From: Chrysomallon squamiferum
Taxonomy: Eukaryota; Animalia; Mollusca
Direction of reading: 5' to 3'
DNA length: 64,000 nt
NCBI GenBank assembly: GCA_012295275.1
Contig: CM022677.1
Location: 1,612,001 to 1,676,000, forward strand
The notes under the pieces were generated by a model. The model was not told where the DNA came from and searched no databases. It saw only the letters and a list, made by a program, of their open reading frames with translations. Both the position numbers and the translations under genes were made by a program. Shown here one piece after another: positions 28,346 to 53,969 of the stretch (positions are counted from its first letter, which is position 1; the number at the start of each line of letters is the position of its first letter).

Positions 28346-29405
28346 ATATCTTTACACGGATGACGTCGTCCTAACAGGCGACAACGTCACCGGTCTGCTG
28401 TATCTATCGAGGAAGTACATCGTCACGACACTGGAAGAACAGTGCGTGAAATATTTGGAGTCGTCGTTGTCGTCACGGAATGCGTGCGTCGTGCTGGAAC
28501 AAGCTCACCTGTTTGATGAACATGATCTAAGGAAAAACACTCTGGACTTCATTTTGGAAAATGGCGACGAAGTTCTGAAGTCAGATGAAGTCACCGATCT
28601 TTGTCACGAATGTCTGGTTGAGATCGTACGATCAGACGAACTGACAGCAGACGAGAAAAATGTTTTTGAAGCCGCTGTGAAGTGGGCTGACAGCGCGTGC
28701 AGGAAGCAAGGGAGACAGACGAATGAAAAAAACATGCGCGATGCACTGGGAGAGGTCGTGAAGCACGTGCGTTATCCATTACTCGATCAGACGTATTTTG
28801 TAAAACACGTGACACCAACTCACATACTCACTGACACAGAAGAATTCAAGATTTTGAAACACCTGGTGAGCAGTGATGAAGATGTTTCACCTTTCAACTC
28901 AAACAAGAGAACTGCAATGATTCCTAAAACACAGATTAAAATAAACAGGTTTGGTGGTATGGTGGTAATTTTTTACTGGACATGTTCTGGTAAAGAAGAT
29001 GAATCCATTACTTTCTCTGTCAACAAAAACGCTTTACTTCGCGGATTTCAGTTGTACGGTTACAACCAACCACGAAACTACGACGTCAGCGCCTTCGTCA
29101 CTGACACAAGAACAGACGAAATACTGGACGGGTCTACACTGACACAGAGATATGAACACGTCGTGTCTGACGTGTATGACGTCGTGTTCAGACGTCCAGT
29201 GAAGATTACTAAAGACACTGAGTACAGCTTGTTTGTTAATGTTAAGGGAGACAACTCATTGTGTGGAGTTAAAGGTAAATCAGAAATTGTTGTAGACTCT
29301 TTTGTTTGTAGATTTTCTGAGTCACACAAATCTAAACACAGTGACAGACAACTTCGTACACGTGTGACACACGGACAAATACCTGCTTTGTTATTTTTAG
29401 TGTAA
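28346..29405 (+). CDS. BTB/POZ-BACK-PHR copy 1, coding exon 2 (open frame; 438 aa product if exon 1 is repaired)
   Basis: Acceptor cacAG at 28344-28345; uninterrupted frame to TAA at 29403-29405; same BACK and PHR motifs as copy 3. Confidence 0.9.
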
Positions 29406-29929
29406 AAAACAACATCGTTCAAACACTGTCACTTTTAGTCATCACTGGCCTAATATTTGTATTTATTTATTTATTTGTTTACTTATTGATTTATTGATTT
29501 GTTTATGTTTTTCTGATGACGTCAGACAGCGGTGATGACGTCATAGACAGTTCCTTTGATTTGAAATTTTATAATGGACTGATTTGTGTCAAACAGATAC
29601 ATCTCATTGCTTTATTATTTATTTATTTATTTATTTATTTATGTATTTATTTATTTATTTAAGTATTTCTAATGTTTGTTGTTTGTATATAAAACGTAAT
29701 ATTATTAACTATTTCTTGCTTCATTTGTACTTTTTTATTTCGCTTTAAAATGTATATAAAATAAAATGTAGATAAATTATATATGTACTTACTGACTGTT
29801 GGACATGAAATACAAGAACTGTTATTTGATTTATTTATCAATTTTCTTTCATTCAGATTTATATTAAATATGTTAGTAAATTAGATTATGTTTCGAATTT
29901 ACTGTTTGTTTGTTTATGTATATAAAACA

Positions 29930-30129
29930 NNNNNNNNNNNNNNNNNNNNNNNNNNNNNNNNNNNNNNNNNNNNNNNNNNNNNNNNNNNNNNNNNNNNNNN
30001 NNNNNNNNNNNNNNNNNNNNNNNNNNNNNNNNNNNNNNNNNNNNNNNNNNNNNNNNNNNNNNNNNNNNNNNNNNNNNNNNNNNNNNNNNNNNNNNNNNNN
30101 NNNNNNNNNNNNNNNNNNNNNNNNNNNNN
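29930..30129. other. Assembly gap (200 N)
   Basis: Run of exactly 200 N. Confidence 1.
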
Positions 30130-32145
30130 TACACACAACACAGATACACACACACACACACATATACATCATATACAGAGACATACAGATACACACACAC
30201 AGTACATTATACATCATACACACAGACATACAGATACACACACAAACACATTATACATCATACACACAGACATACAGATACACATACAAACACATATACA
30301 TCATACACACAGACATACAGATACACACACAAACACATTATACATCATACACACAGACATACAGATACACACACAGACACATATACATCATACACACAGA
30401 CAGACACATATACATCATACACACACAGATACACACACAGACACATATACATCATACACACAGACATACAGATACACACACAGACACATATACATCATAC
30501 ACACAGACATACAGATACACACACAGACACATATACATCATACACACAGACATACATACACACACAGACACATATACATCATACACACAGACATACAGAT
30601 ACACACACAGACACATATACATCATACACACAGACATATCATACATCATACATACAGATACACACACACACACACACAACATATACATCATACACACATA
30701 CAGATACACACACAAAAACACATTATACATCATACACACAGACATACAGATACACACACAAACACATTATACATCATACACACAGACATACAGATACACA
30801 CACAAACAATACAGATACACACACAAACACATATACATCATACACACAGACATACAGATACACACACACAACACATATACATCATACACACAGACATACA
30901 GATACACACACAGACACATATACATCATACACATAGACATACAGATACACACATAGACACACATACATCATACACATACACATAGACATACAGATACACA
31001 CACAGACACATATACATCATACACACAGACATACAGATACACACACAGCCACATATACATCATACACACAGACATACAGATACACACACAAACACATATA
31101 CATCATACACACAGACATACAGATACACACACAAACACATATACATCATACACACAGACATACAGATACACATACACACATCATACACATACAGATACAC
31201 ATACAAACACATATACATCATACACACAGACATACAGATACACACACAAACACATTATACATCATACACACAGACATACAGATACACACACAGACACATA
31301 TACATCATACACACAGACATACAGATACACACACAGACACATATACATCATACACACAGACATACAGATACACACAGAGCCACATATACAGACAGACATA
31401 CATACACACAGAGACAAATACATCATTCACACAGACAGATACACACACAGCCACATATACATCATACACAGACATACAGATACACACACAAACACATATA
31501 TACATCATACACACAGACATACAGATACACACACAAACACATATACATCATACACACAGACATTCAGATACACACACAAACACATATACATCATACACAC
31601 ACATACACATACACACAAAAACATTATACATCATACACACAGACATACAGATACACACACAAACACATATACATCATACACACAGACATACAGATACACA
31701 CACAAACACATATACATCATACACAGACATACAGATACACATACAAACACATATACATCATACACACACATACACATACAAACACATATACATCATCACA
31801 CAGACACAGATAGACACAGCCACATCATACACAGATACACACAGACACATATACATCATACACAGACATCAGATACACACAGACATATACATCATACACA
31901 CAGACACATATACACACAGACACATATACATCATACACACAGACATACATACACACACAGACACATATACATCATACACACAGACATACAGATACACACA
32001 GAGACACATACATCATACATCAGACATACAGATACACAGACACATATACATCATACACACACAGATACACACACAGACACATACATCATACACACAGACA
32101 TACAGATACACACACAAACACATTATAGAACATACACACAGTACA
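30130..32145. repeat. ~43-bp CA-rich minisatellite array (TACATCATACACACAGACATACAGATACACACACAGACACATA), >=2 kb
   Basis: Period ~43 bp (e.g. tacatc at 30341 and 30384); abuts the gap, so true length is unknown. Confidence 0.95.
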
Positions 32146-32151
32146 GATATC

Positions 32152-44184
<12,033 letters not shown>

Positions 44185-44213
<29 letters not shown>

Positions 44214-44380
44214 GTAGTGACGTCACGCTGCTGACACGTCAGTCTCGTTGTCTGGGTGTTGCAAGCTGGTTGTACGAGTTCGTAGTGACGTCACGCTGCT
44301 GACACATCAGTCTCGTTGTCTGTGTGTTGCAAGCTCCGAGTTCGTAGTGACGTCACGCTGCTCACACATCAGTCTTATTG
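44185..44380. repeat. ~68-bp tandem repeat x3, each with palindrome GTGACGTCAC
   Basis: tgcaagctggttgt.cgagttcgtagtgacgtcacgctgctgacac.tcagtctcgttgtc repeated three times at the outer end of the inverted arm. Confidence 0.85.
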
Positions 44381-44853
44381 TCGAAATTTTACACGAGTTT
44401 GTTCTCAATCAATTCTGCGACAAACGACTACCGTAAAGCTCTTAATAATCAACTTGTTCTTGTTTGTTACTCGAACAGGGTGCGTCATTCCTTTTGTTAG
44501 GCACAGGTAAAATAATAACTCAGTTTTTGTAAATAAACGTTGGTTCAAGAACACGTCGTGGTATGAATTTACATTAAAACAAAAAAAAAAATAAAGAAAG
44601 AAAAAAAATGGGACACGAAGCAAAAGCAAAGTCCGTAGCCAAAAGCAACAGTTTATTTTGAAATGCACACATAGTCTATACATATTGTTTAATGTATTCG
44701 CTGTTGCAAAGATTCACCTGTACTTTGAGTAAATGGATTTAGAAATAAGATTTAAGAGACCTACATTCAGGTGTGTGTCTCTGTGTGTCATAATGAAAAA
44801 AAAAAAAAAAAAAAAATAAATAAAAGGTAAACTATAGTACTTACCATTTAGCT

Positions 44854-45161
44854 CACTGGTTTTCGGACTTTTTCATACCGCAACCCCTTGTGAGCAATTC
44901 AGTATGACAGATGACCCCTTTAAAAACATTTATCAATAATACCTAGGGTTACCATATTTTCATCAACCAAAGACAGTTCAAAAGAAATCTGTATTCACTG
45001 TGACGGGTCCCAAACCAATCTACACGTTTTTATTTATTGTTCCTTCCAAGTCAAGTTGAAAAACGCTAAACCATACCCTCGCTCAAGAACGATCTCGCGA
45101 CCCCCAGAACAAAGTGTGGCGACCCCTCTGGGGTTCGCGACCCTCAGGTTGAAAACCTATG
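44854..45161 (+). mobile_element. 308-bp non-autonomous hAT (Buster/Charlie-like) MITE, full length
   Basis: Termini CACTGGTTTTC...GAAAACCTATG form imperfect TIRs. Perfect 8-bp TSD ATTTAGCT at 44846-44853 and 45162-45169, with central TA. Confidence 0.85.
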
Positions 45162-45193
45162 ATTTAGCTGTAGTAGTAACACTCACTAATAAC

Positions 45194-45244
<51 letters not shown>

Positions 45245-45269
45245 CAAAGATATAAATACATTCAAATAA

Positions 45270-45329
<60 letters not shown>

Positions 45330-45579
45330 ATGTATGTATAAGAGTAGTAGTAGTAGTAGTAGTAGTAGTAATAATAATAATAACAAATAAATAAATAAAT
45401 AATAAAAAATACAGGTATTTTAAGACTGATCATTATGTTTTGAATTCAGGCTGCAGGAAATAAATGATGGATGTACACACACCTCATTTCTCTGTATACA
45501 TCTTGAACAGGACTACAAATTCTTACAAAGAAATACGTGCTTAAACCTTTCATGAGTTATTTCCCCTTAGTGTTTCGAA

Positions 45580-46290
45580 GTTATTCTTAATTAATTGTAG
45601 CTTTGGAATAAAAGCTTTTCATAAAACATCGTTTAATAAAAGAAATTAACAAAAAAAATCCATGTTCTTACTTTGGACTTTCAAATAAACAGGTACGTGT
45701 TCATACATAAATGGTAAGATTGCTAAACGCTTAAAACGAGACACGGGAGATAGACAAGGGGATCTGTTATTTCACTGTGTTTCCATCTTTTATGTTGAGA
45801 TTCTTGGAATCTTGGTAAGAAATAAGAAACGTATATACGGGATTGAGATAAACGGCAGCGAATTTAAAATTTCACAGTTCGCCGACGATAAAACTCTGTG
45901 AGCATCTGTGGAAACATTAAACTAGTTTACTGATATATCAGGTCTCAAAGTTAATACATATAAAACAAATATAATAAAATTAGCCAACGACAAATTTGTT
46001 CATAAAAAAAGGGTTCAAAAGAAAAATTAAAATGGACTACAGAATTCACAATACTTCCGGTACGGGTTTCCACGGATCTGTGCCAAATACCAGAATTAAA
46101 CTTTAATGCAAAGTTGAATGAGGTTAAACCGCTTCTTGAACAATGGTCAAAATGTTCTTTCTCACCTCTAGGAAAAATTACTGCAATCAAAAGTTCTTTT
46201 TTATCGAAAGTTGTTTGTTTTTTCTTCACTGACAAATCCAACAAACTATTTCTTTAAACTAGCAGAAACCTATCTCTTTCAGTGTATTTG
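45580..46290 (+). mobile_element. Degenerate L1/Tx1-like LINE reverse transcriptase fragment
   Basis: One frame reads GDRQGDLL...EILGILVRNKKRIYGIEINGSEFKISQFADD (RQGD at 45752, QFADD at 45875-45889), followed by ISGLKVN..KT and WSKCSFSPLGKITAIKS; stops and frameshifts present. Confidence 0.8.
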
Positions 46291-47320
46291 GCCCCCCTGA
46301 AGATGAGCCATGTCTTATGTGGTCCGCTTCTAGAAAAAGATTGCCGATGCTTTATCTTGAGTTTCACTGACACTAGTTTTAGGGTCAGCCGACAGTGAAG
46401 CAAAATTGCTGAAACGCACAAATTCCTTTTCTAAAAATGAATTGTATATAGGGTTAAACTTTCTAGAGAAATGTGCAACGATAAGGGACAAGATAAAAAT
46501 ACTATGTCAGTAGATTTAGTATAACGTTCATATTAAAACTGATTATAAATCTGATTATTATAAGACACTGGCAAAGAAAGGAATTTTAGTTCTAAAATAA
46601 CGTTTTGTTAATGCCACCTGGCTTTCATGCATTGCATTTTGTAGAAAAGAAAATATAACTTTAGACTATTTACAGTTCACAAAGGCGTGATGCTAGCTGT
46701 TAATAACTAGTGTAAACTGTTTTTATAAAAAATATAAGAAAGCTAAATGGCAGAATATTTTGGTACAGAGGTCTGTGACAAATGGTGGACAAGTGAAAAT
46801 CTTCTTTCACCCAAAGGTAACTTCAGACACAGAGCTTAGATAATATCAGTGTAAGATCTTGTTAGTTATCATGTCAACTAGTAAGCATTGCATATTATAT
46901 GGTAGAAGAAAGACTGAGATAAATATGAATATGTTTAGTGAAATTTAATGCGCTTCATGTAAATAAGTTCAGACATTCTGTAAATATGAGATAAATATTC
47001 AAGGATAGAATATGCAAAAATATACAAAGTTTTAATTTATTTTTCTGTCATGCCATTTTGTATGTTTCTTACAATAATGTGTACTTTTATTTATATGAAG
47101 AAAAATTTATATCTCTAAAACATGTTAATTCTTCCTCTTCTTCTTCTTCTTCTTCGTCTTCTTCTTCTTATTATTATTATTATTGCTGTTGTTGTTGTTG
47201 TTTTTACAGATGCTATGGAGTCTTCTGTATTTTAATACATTAATTTACTCTTTTTTTATTAGCGTATATTAGTTGTATCATGTATCATTTGTAAAGAAAA
47301 ATACCAACATATAAATAAAT

Positions 47321-47914
47321 GTCACTGACACAAGAACAGACGAAATACAGGCTGAAGGATTCAAGATTTTGAGACACTGGGTGAGCAGTGATGAAGATGT
47401 TTCACCTTTCAACTCTAACAAGAGAACTGCAATGATGAAAACACAGATTACAATGAACAGGTTTGATGGAACATGGGCTGGTTACTTGACATGTGCTGGT
47501 GAAGAAGATGAAGCCATTACTTTCTCTGTCAACAAAAACGCTTTACTTCGCGGATTTCAGTTGTACGGTCACCGTCAACCACGAAACTACGACGTCAGCG
47601 CCTTCGTCACTGACACAAGAACAGACGAAATATTGGACGGGTCTACACTGACACAGAGATATGAACACGTCGTGTCTGACGTGTATGACGTCGTGTTCAG
47701 ACGTCCAGTGAAGATTACTAAAGACACTGAGTACAGCTTGTTTGTTCATGTTAAGGGAAACTACTCAATGTGTGGAGCTGAAGGTAAATCAGAAATTGTT
47801 GTAGACTCTTTTGTTTGTAGATTTTCTAAGTCACACAAATCTAAACACAGTGACAGACAACTTCGTACATGGGTGACACGCGGACAAATACCTGCTTTGT
47901 TATTTTTAGTGTAA
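47321..47914 (+). pseudogene. 5'-truncated BTB-BACK-PHR copy 2 retaining only the end of BACK plus a complete, open PHR domain
   Basis: Homology to copies 1/3 begins at about 47354 (gaaggattcaagattttg). The frame is open from 47315 to TAA at 47912-47914; first in-frame ATGs at about 47432. No BTB exon is recognisable upstream in this contig. Confidence 0.85.
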
Positions 47915-48122
47915 AAAACAACATCGTTCAAACACTGTCACTTTTAGTCATCACTGGCCTAATATTTGTATTTATTTATTTATTTGTTTACTTATTGATT
48001 TATTGATTTGTTTATGTTTTTCTGATGACGTCAGACAGCGGTGATGACGTCATAGACAGTTCCTTTGATTTGAAATTTTATAATGGACTGATTTGTGTCA
48101 AACAGATACATCTCATTGCTTT

Positions 48123-48170
<48 letters not shown>

Positions 48171-48671
48171 TTTTAGTATATCTAATGTTTTTAGTTTGTA
48201 TATGAAACGTGATATTACTAACTATTTCTTGCTTCATTTGTACTTTTTTATTTCGCTTTAAAATGTATATAAAATAAAATGTAGATAAATTATATATGTA
48301 CTTACTGACTGTTGGACATGAAATACAAGAACTGTTATTTGATTTATTTATCAATTTTCTTTTATTAAAATTTATATTAAATATGTTAGTAAATTAGATT
48401 ATGTTTCGAATTTACTGTTTGTTTGTTTATGTATAAGATGTATATAAAGAAAATGCAAATAAATTTGTTTTGTATCATAAATTTTTACTTCGTTTATTTT
48501 TGTATTTAATTTCTATTTAGAATGTAAACAGAAAAATTTTATAGACTTAAAAATCAATTTTATTATTTGGTTTCTGTAATATTTTTCTTTTCTGCATACA
48601 GCGTGTAATACATAAAGATGTTGTGAGACAGGATTCCAGATCAGAACCTATAAATATAATTGATGTGTGTC

Positions 48672-48868
<197 letters not shown>

Positions 48869-49282
48869 GATACCTGGTGTAAATTCAGAATAAAGTAAGA
48901 GCATTTCTTTAAAACTGCCAACAATTAGCACGTAATTAGACTACCGCGTGGACAAGATGAAATGATCGCACTTTGTGAAATCTTAATAAACAATGATTCC
49001 ATTCTTCTTGTAATCACTATACGCGGTATCCTCCCAACAGTCATATGGTCAGTAGTCAAACAGTTTGGAAAGCAGTCAAGCAGTAAGTAAGCTGGGCACC
49101 CCTGTGTGGAGAATGATCAACTAGTCTTGGCTGTGTCTCACTGCTAACTGTTGTAATCACAACTCCGGTGTGAAGCTGATTAAGTGTGCATCAAAACTTG
49201 ACCTGTGTTGTTATAAACTCTATTCTGTGGTTATGAACTGAATGACAAATAAGCCTATGACTAATGGGAGGTAACCCTATAC

Positions 49283-49538
49283 CACTGGTTTTCAACCTTT
49301 ATCAGACCCTCAATAATATGACCTAAAACCCCCTTTAAAATGTTTGATTCCATAATATCTAGGGTTACCATATTTTCATCAACGAAAGACAGTACAGAAG
49401 GAATCTATATTCACTGTGACGGGTCCCAAACCTATCTACGTGTTTTTATTTATTCCTCCTTCCAAGTCAAGTTGAAAAACGCTAAAACTTACCCTCGCTC
49501 AAGAACGATCTCGCGACCCCCAGAGAAGAGTCTGGCGA
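49283..49538 (+). mobile_element. 3'-truncated copy of the hAT MITE in the flank of BTB copy 2
   Basis: Starts CACTGGTTTTCAACC; homology ends at ...gagtctggcga. Confidence 0.75.
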
Positions 49539-49747
49539 TTCTCTCTGTCTAGCACACAAATACATTGACTCAAACTTTCTTAAACATATCAATCCGCTCA
49601 AACACACACATATCTAAATGTCTCATAAACACAGACACACATACACATACACAAACGCACACCCACACACATACACACATATGTATCAATATATGTCTAC
49701 CTATCTGTCTCTGTATCTATGTATGTATGTTTGTATGTGTGTGTGTG

Positions 49748-49790
<43 letters not shown>

Positions 49791-49936
49791 AGAGAGAGAA
49801 AAAATAGATATAATACACACATCTAATCACACATAACACTTTCTTAAGCCTACATACACACGTAGTACATACGTACATACATACAAACATACACACAAGT
49901 AAGTTGATAAACTTGTAGTTGTCAATGTTTCTAGTA

Positions 49937-50171
49937 GTAGCACATTAACACTCAGTTCTTACATAAGAAGATGGTAGTGGAACATTAACACTCAGTTCTT
50001 ACATAAGAAGATGGTAGTGGAACATTAACACTCAGTTCTTACATAAGAAGATGGTAGTGGAACATTAACACTCAGTTCTTACATAAGAAGATGGTAGTGG
50101 AACATTAACACTCAGTTCTTACATAAGAAGATGGTAGTGGAACATTAACACTCAGTTCTTACATAAGAAGA
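49937..50171. repeat. 40-bp VNTR, ~6 copies
   Basis: Unit GTAGTGGAACATTAACACTCAGTTCTTACATAAGAAGATG, head-to-tail with no spacers. Confidence 0.95.
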
Positions 50172-50311
50172 TTGAGAAAATATAACACGTTTGTTTAAAA
50201 TTACAGTCAGATTTATTTACTAATCTACAAAGTCATATACAAGTTTGTGAACCTTAAGATCATAATGTAATGATTTTTATATAACATTGACATTTATTTT
50301 TATTATTATTA

Positions 50312-50393
<82 letters not shown>

Positions 50394-50681
50394 GTTGCTG
50401 TTCTTTTTATTCAAATGAATTTACTTTTAATCTGCTTTACAGAAATATAATGCAGTGACTGAGGATAATATGTAAGTAAACCTATCACTTTTGTTAATAT
50501 ATTATCAGATTTAAATTTAAATCACCTTCTTCGACAAGCGTGTTTTTTACAGAAACGCTTCTGATGAAGAAATAAATTGTAAGAAGAGGAAAGGCGGACG
50601 CGTTTGCTTAAGTCACTGTGTACTTGTGTGTGTCACTGTGTACTTGTGTGTGTGTCACTGTGTACTGTGTGTCTGTGTGTG

Positions 50682-50719
<38 letters not shown>

Positions 50720-51574
50720 GTGTGTGTTGTGTGTGTTGTGTACTGTGTGTGTTGCTGTGTACTTGTGTGTGTTGCTGTGTACTTGTGTGTGTTGCTGTGT
50801 ACTTGTGTGTGTTGCTGTGTACTTGTGTGTGTTGCTGTGTACTTGTGTGTGTTGCTGTGTGATTTGTATGTATCAGTTTATGTTTGTGTGTCGGTGTGTG
50901 TTTTTTTGTGTCTGTGTGTCATTGTGTGCGAGCGTGTTACTGTTAAAACAAAACAAACTCGTTGCAAAATATAATTACTCGTATTTGTTTTTATTAGTTG
51001 GTTCCTTACTTATCTCCCTTTCTTAAACTTACACCATGTTTGTTCTATTCACCTTTATTTGAAATCTGTGCGAATGTCAAAGCATGAGTGGGTGTGTAAC
51101 TGAGCTTATGTATGACAAACATCTGTTAGTGTGGGTGTTTATAGATATGTGTTTTTGTGTATAGTTTTTGTGTGTGTGTGTTTGTGTATATATGTATCTG
51201 TGTATATATGTATGTGTGTGTGTGTATATGTATGTGTTGGAGTATTTATGTGTATGAATATAAAATCTGTGGATATGTGCGTGTGTATGTACGAATATAT
51301 GTGTTTGAGACAGTGTATATGTGTATATGTTTTGTATCATAAATTTTTAGTTCGTTTATTTTTGTATTTAATTTGTGTTTTTATGTATGTATATGTGTGA
51401 AAGATAATGTATATGTATATATAAATGAATGTATGTGTGTGAAAGATAGAATACATGTTTATATGTAAGGATATGTGTGTGAAAGACTGTGTACAAGGTT
51501 ACATGTATGTATGTGAGACATTATGGTCATGCGCTCTAAAATGAAAAGGAGGAGGGTATTTGTGTGTGTGTTTG

Positions 51575-51608
<34 letters not shown>

Positions 51609-51610
51609 GT

Positions 51611-51662
<52 letters not shown>

Positions 51663-51753
51663 GAGAGAGAAGACGGATATAAAACATCTGTGAGTGAAAA
51701 AATTTGTTTCCTGGGCGCTTTTGTCCGCTTGTGTATTTATTATTATTATTATT

Positions 51754-51788
<35 letters not shown>

Positions 51789-52484
51789 TATTATCATTTC
51801 ATAAACTTTGTTGTTGTAAAAGAAAATAATGTTTTTTGGTTGTTTATTTTTTATCGGTAACAACAACAAAAAGTTCTCGAAGAACTGAGACGAAAAATGG
51901 CAAACAAAAATTTCATTTTCTGTGGCCATGTTCCCGCAGCCATCTTTGTGTACAACGATATCGTTAATATGTTCACAGGATGTTCGTGATCTCGAAGTGT
52001 CTTGATGAATGTTATTAACAAACAGTTGTTAACGTCGTCGTTTATTAAAAGTAAGTCGTAACCAAGCGTGATACGCACCGCGCATTCTGCGTACTACATA
52101 AAAATCACGTGCTAATTATCACTAACATCATCCGCTAATGATTATAGTTCCTGTCTGTGACATTTTGGTGCGTGTTTTGAACCATCTTCTTGGTTTCTCA
52201 ACCATGTTTAATCTGTAAGTGGCTATTATTACAGGTCGAAATTTATGAACTGATTCCGTGTTGATATCGGTAAAATTGTATAGCTGTTGACAAGAGGGTA
52301 AACTTCAAAGTCTGCACTAAAAGAACATCGCGTGAGTAGTAAAAAAATAACCACACAGTGATTCTCTTTATTACGACAGACTTCAAACGACTTCGTAACG
52401 ACAAGTAAACGACTTTTGTTTAACTAAGTCGTCATGTTGACATCTTCAGGAACATGGCCATGAATTAGAATATATAACCGTATA

Positions 52485-52582
<98 letters not shown>

Positions 52583-52721
52583 TAATAATAATCATATTAA
52601 CACACACACACACACACACACACATATATGTGACTGTCCTAGGTTAAGCAATGCATGGTGGTGTCTAAAATACGAATTAAAAAAAAATGAAGATTTTAAA
52701 AAAATAATCCTAAATTTCACC

Positions 52722-52813
<92 letters not shown>

Positions 52814-52887
52814 CAGACACACAACATACATTATTTGTGTTTAACGAAAAAGTAAAACTTACAATGTACAGATTATGTTCCTGTTTT

Positions 52888-52962
<75 letters not shown>

Positions 52963-53214
52963 TTAAAATGAAGGAATTGTTTTCTTTTTAAAAAAAACCC
53001 ACTAAAAGTATGAATGAAAGGATTAGTTCAGAGGATAGTATCGTAAATATAAATTTTCCATCAGTTAATAGCAATGGAATGTATGAATGAGTTAATGGAA
53101 GGGAGATAACTCCTGTACAGCTTATTATGAAGTGCACAAGAGTTATCTGTTGTGGACTTATATATTCAATGAATTAATTTTCTATTTACAAGTGAGCTGG
53201 ACTTGGTAGTCTTC

Positions 53215-53315
53215 ACAGCTGGTATAATAATGACCATGTTACGTACTCTCCTGTCTGTGGGATGGTTCATATCAATGATTCTTTGCTGCTAACTGGAAAG
53301 AGTAGCCCGTGAAGC
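53215..53315 (+). mobile_element. Possible degenerate SINE central-domain fragment
   Basis: tcctgtctgtgggatggttcatat...ttgctgctaactggaaagagtagccc resembles a gastropod SINE core recalled from memory; not verified by search. Confidence 0.35.
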
Positions 53316-53428
53316 AAAATGTTTATATTGGTTCAAGTCAAGTTTCAGGTGAAAACAATTATTTCTTCTAATATTGTCTTTATGTGACAAAAATTCTTAA
53401 AACATTTGAGAAAAATATTGTTTCTTTG

Positions 53429-53460
<32 letters not shown>

Positions 53461-53749
53461 GAAATTAAAACAACCAATTTTATAAATAAAGATAAAATGT
53501 CAGCTAAATCTAGTATTTATATAAAATCTAAGTTGACTGTGTACAAAGATAAACTGTCCGCTAAATGTAGTATTTATGTAAAAATTAAGAAGATTGTGTA
53601 CAAAGATAACACTGTGATTCTGTTAGAAATTTACTTGACATGACTTTTTCTTTGTTTGTTGAGATCTTAAAAATATATAAAACTTTGTTTTAACTGTGGT
53701 AAAATGGTTATTGAAATGAAGCGTAAGTTTGTCGGTGTTTTTGTTTTTT

Positions 53750-53809
<60 letters not shown>

Positions 53810-53924
53810 TTTTTTTTTTTATTTACATATAATTATAATGACGGATATTAAACAAACGTTGCTAACACCCTAATTTTATTTATTGATGTATTATTATTAT
53901 TGTTCTTCTTCTTCTTCTTCTTCT

Positions 53925-53969
<45 letters not shown>

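Larger units (their letters stand above)
27546..29929 (+). repeat. Direct duplication of 58893-~61270 (whole gene unit); visible extent is bounded by assembly gaps
   Basis: ttgttagaaattatctcagg at 27546 equals the first bases after the gap at 58893; identity continues to the gap at 29930. Confidence 0.93.

Noticed and set aside
28953-29372. Diversity-generating retroelement explanation (RT nearby, template/variable repeat pair)
   Set aside because: Differences are not adenine-specific in any copy and include indels; nearby RT/RNase H sequences are ordinary degenerate LINE fragments.
29078-29422. 114-aa antisense ORF also present at 60416-60760 (and 75-aa ORFs at 28591 and 59935)
   Set aside because: Shadow frames of the real CDS; conservation is explained by near-identity of the copies.
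29888-30985. Long His/Thr-rich ORFs (365 and 348 aa)
   Set aside because: Read-through of an N gap and a stop-free CA-rich satellite.
49937-50171. CRISPR-like appearance of the 40-bp repeat with a palindrome (also 62750-63184)
   Set aside because: Units are head-to-tail with no unique spacers, there are no cas genes, and the context is eukaryotic.
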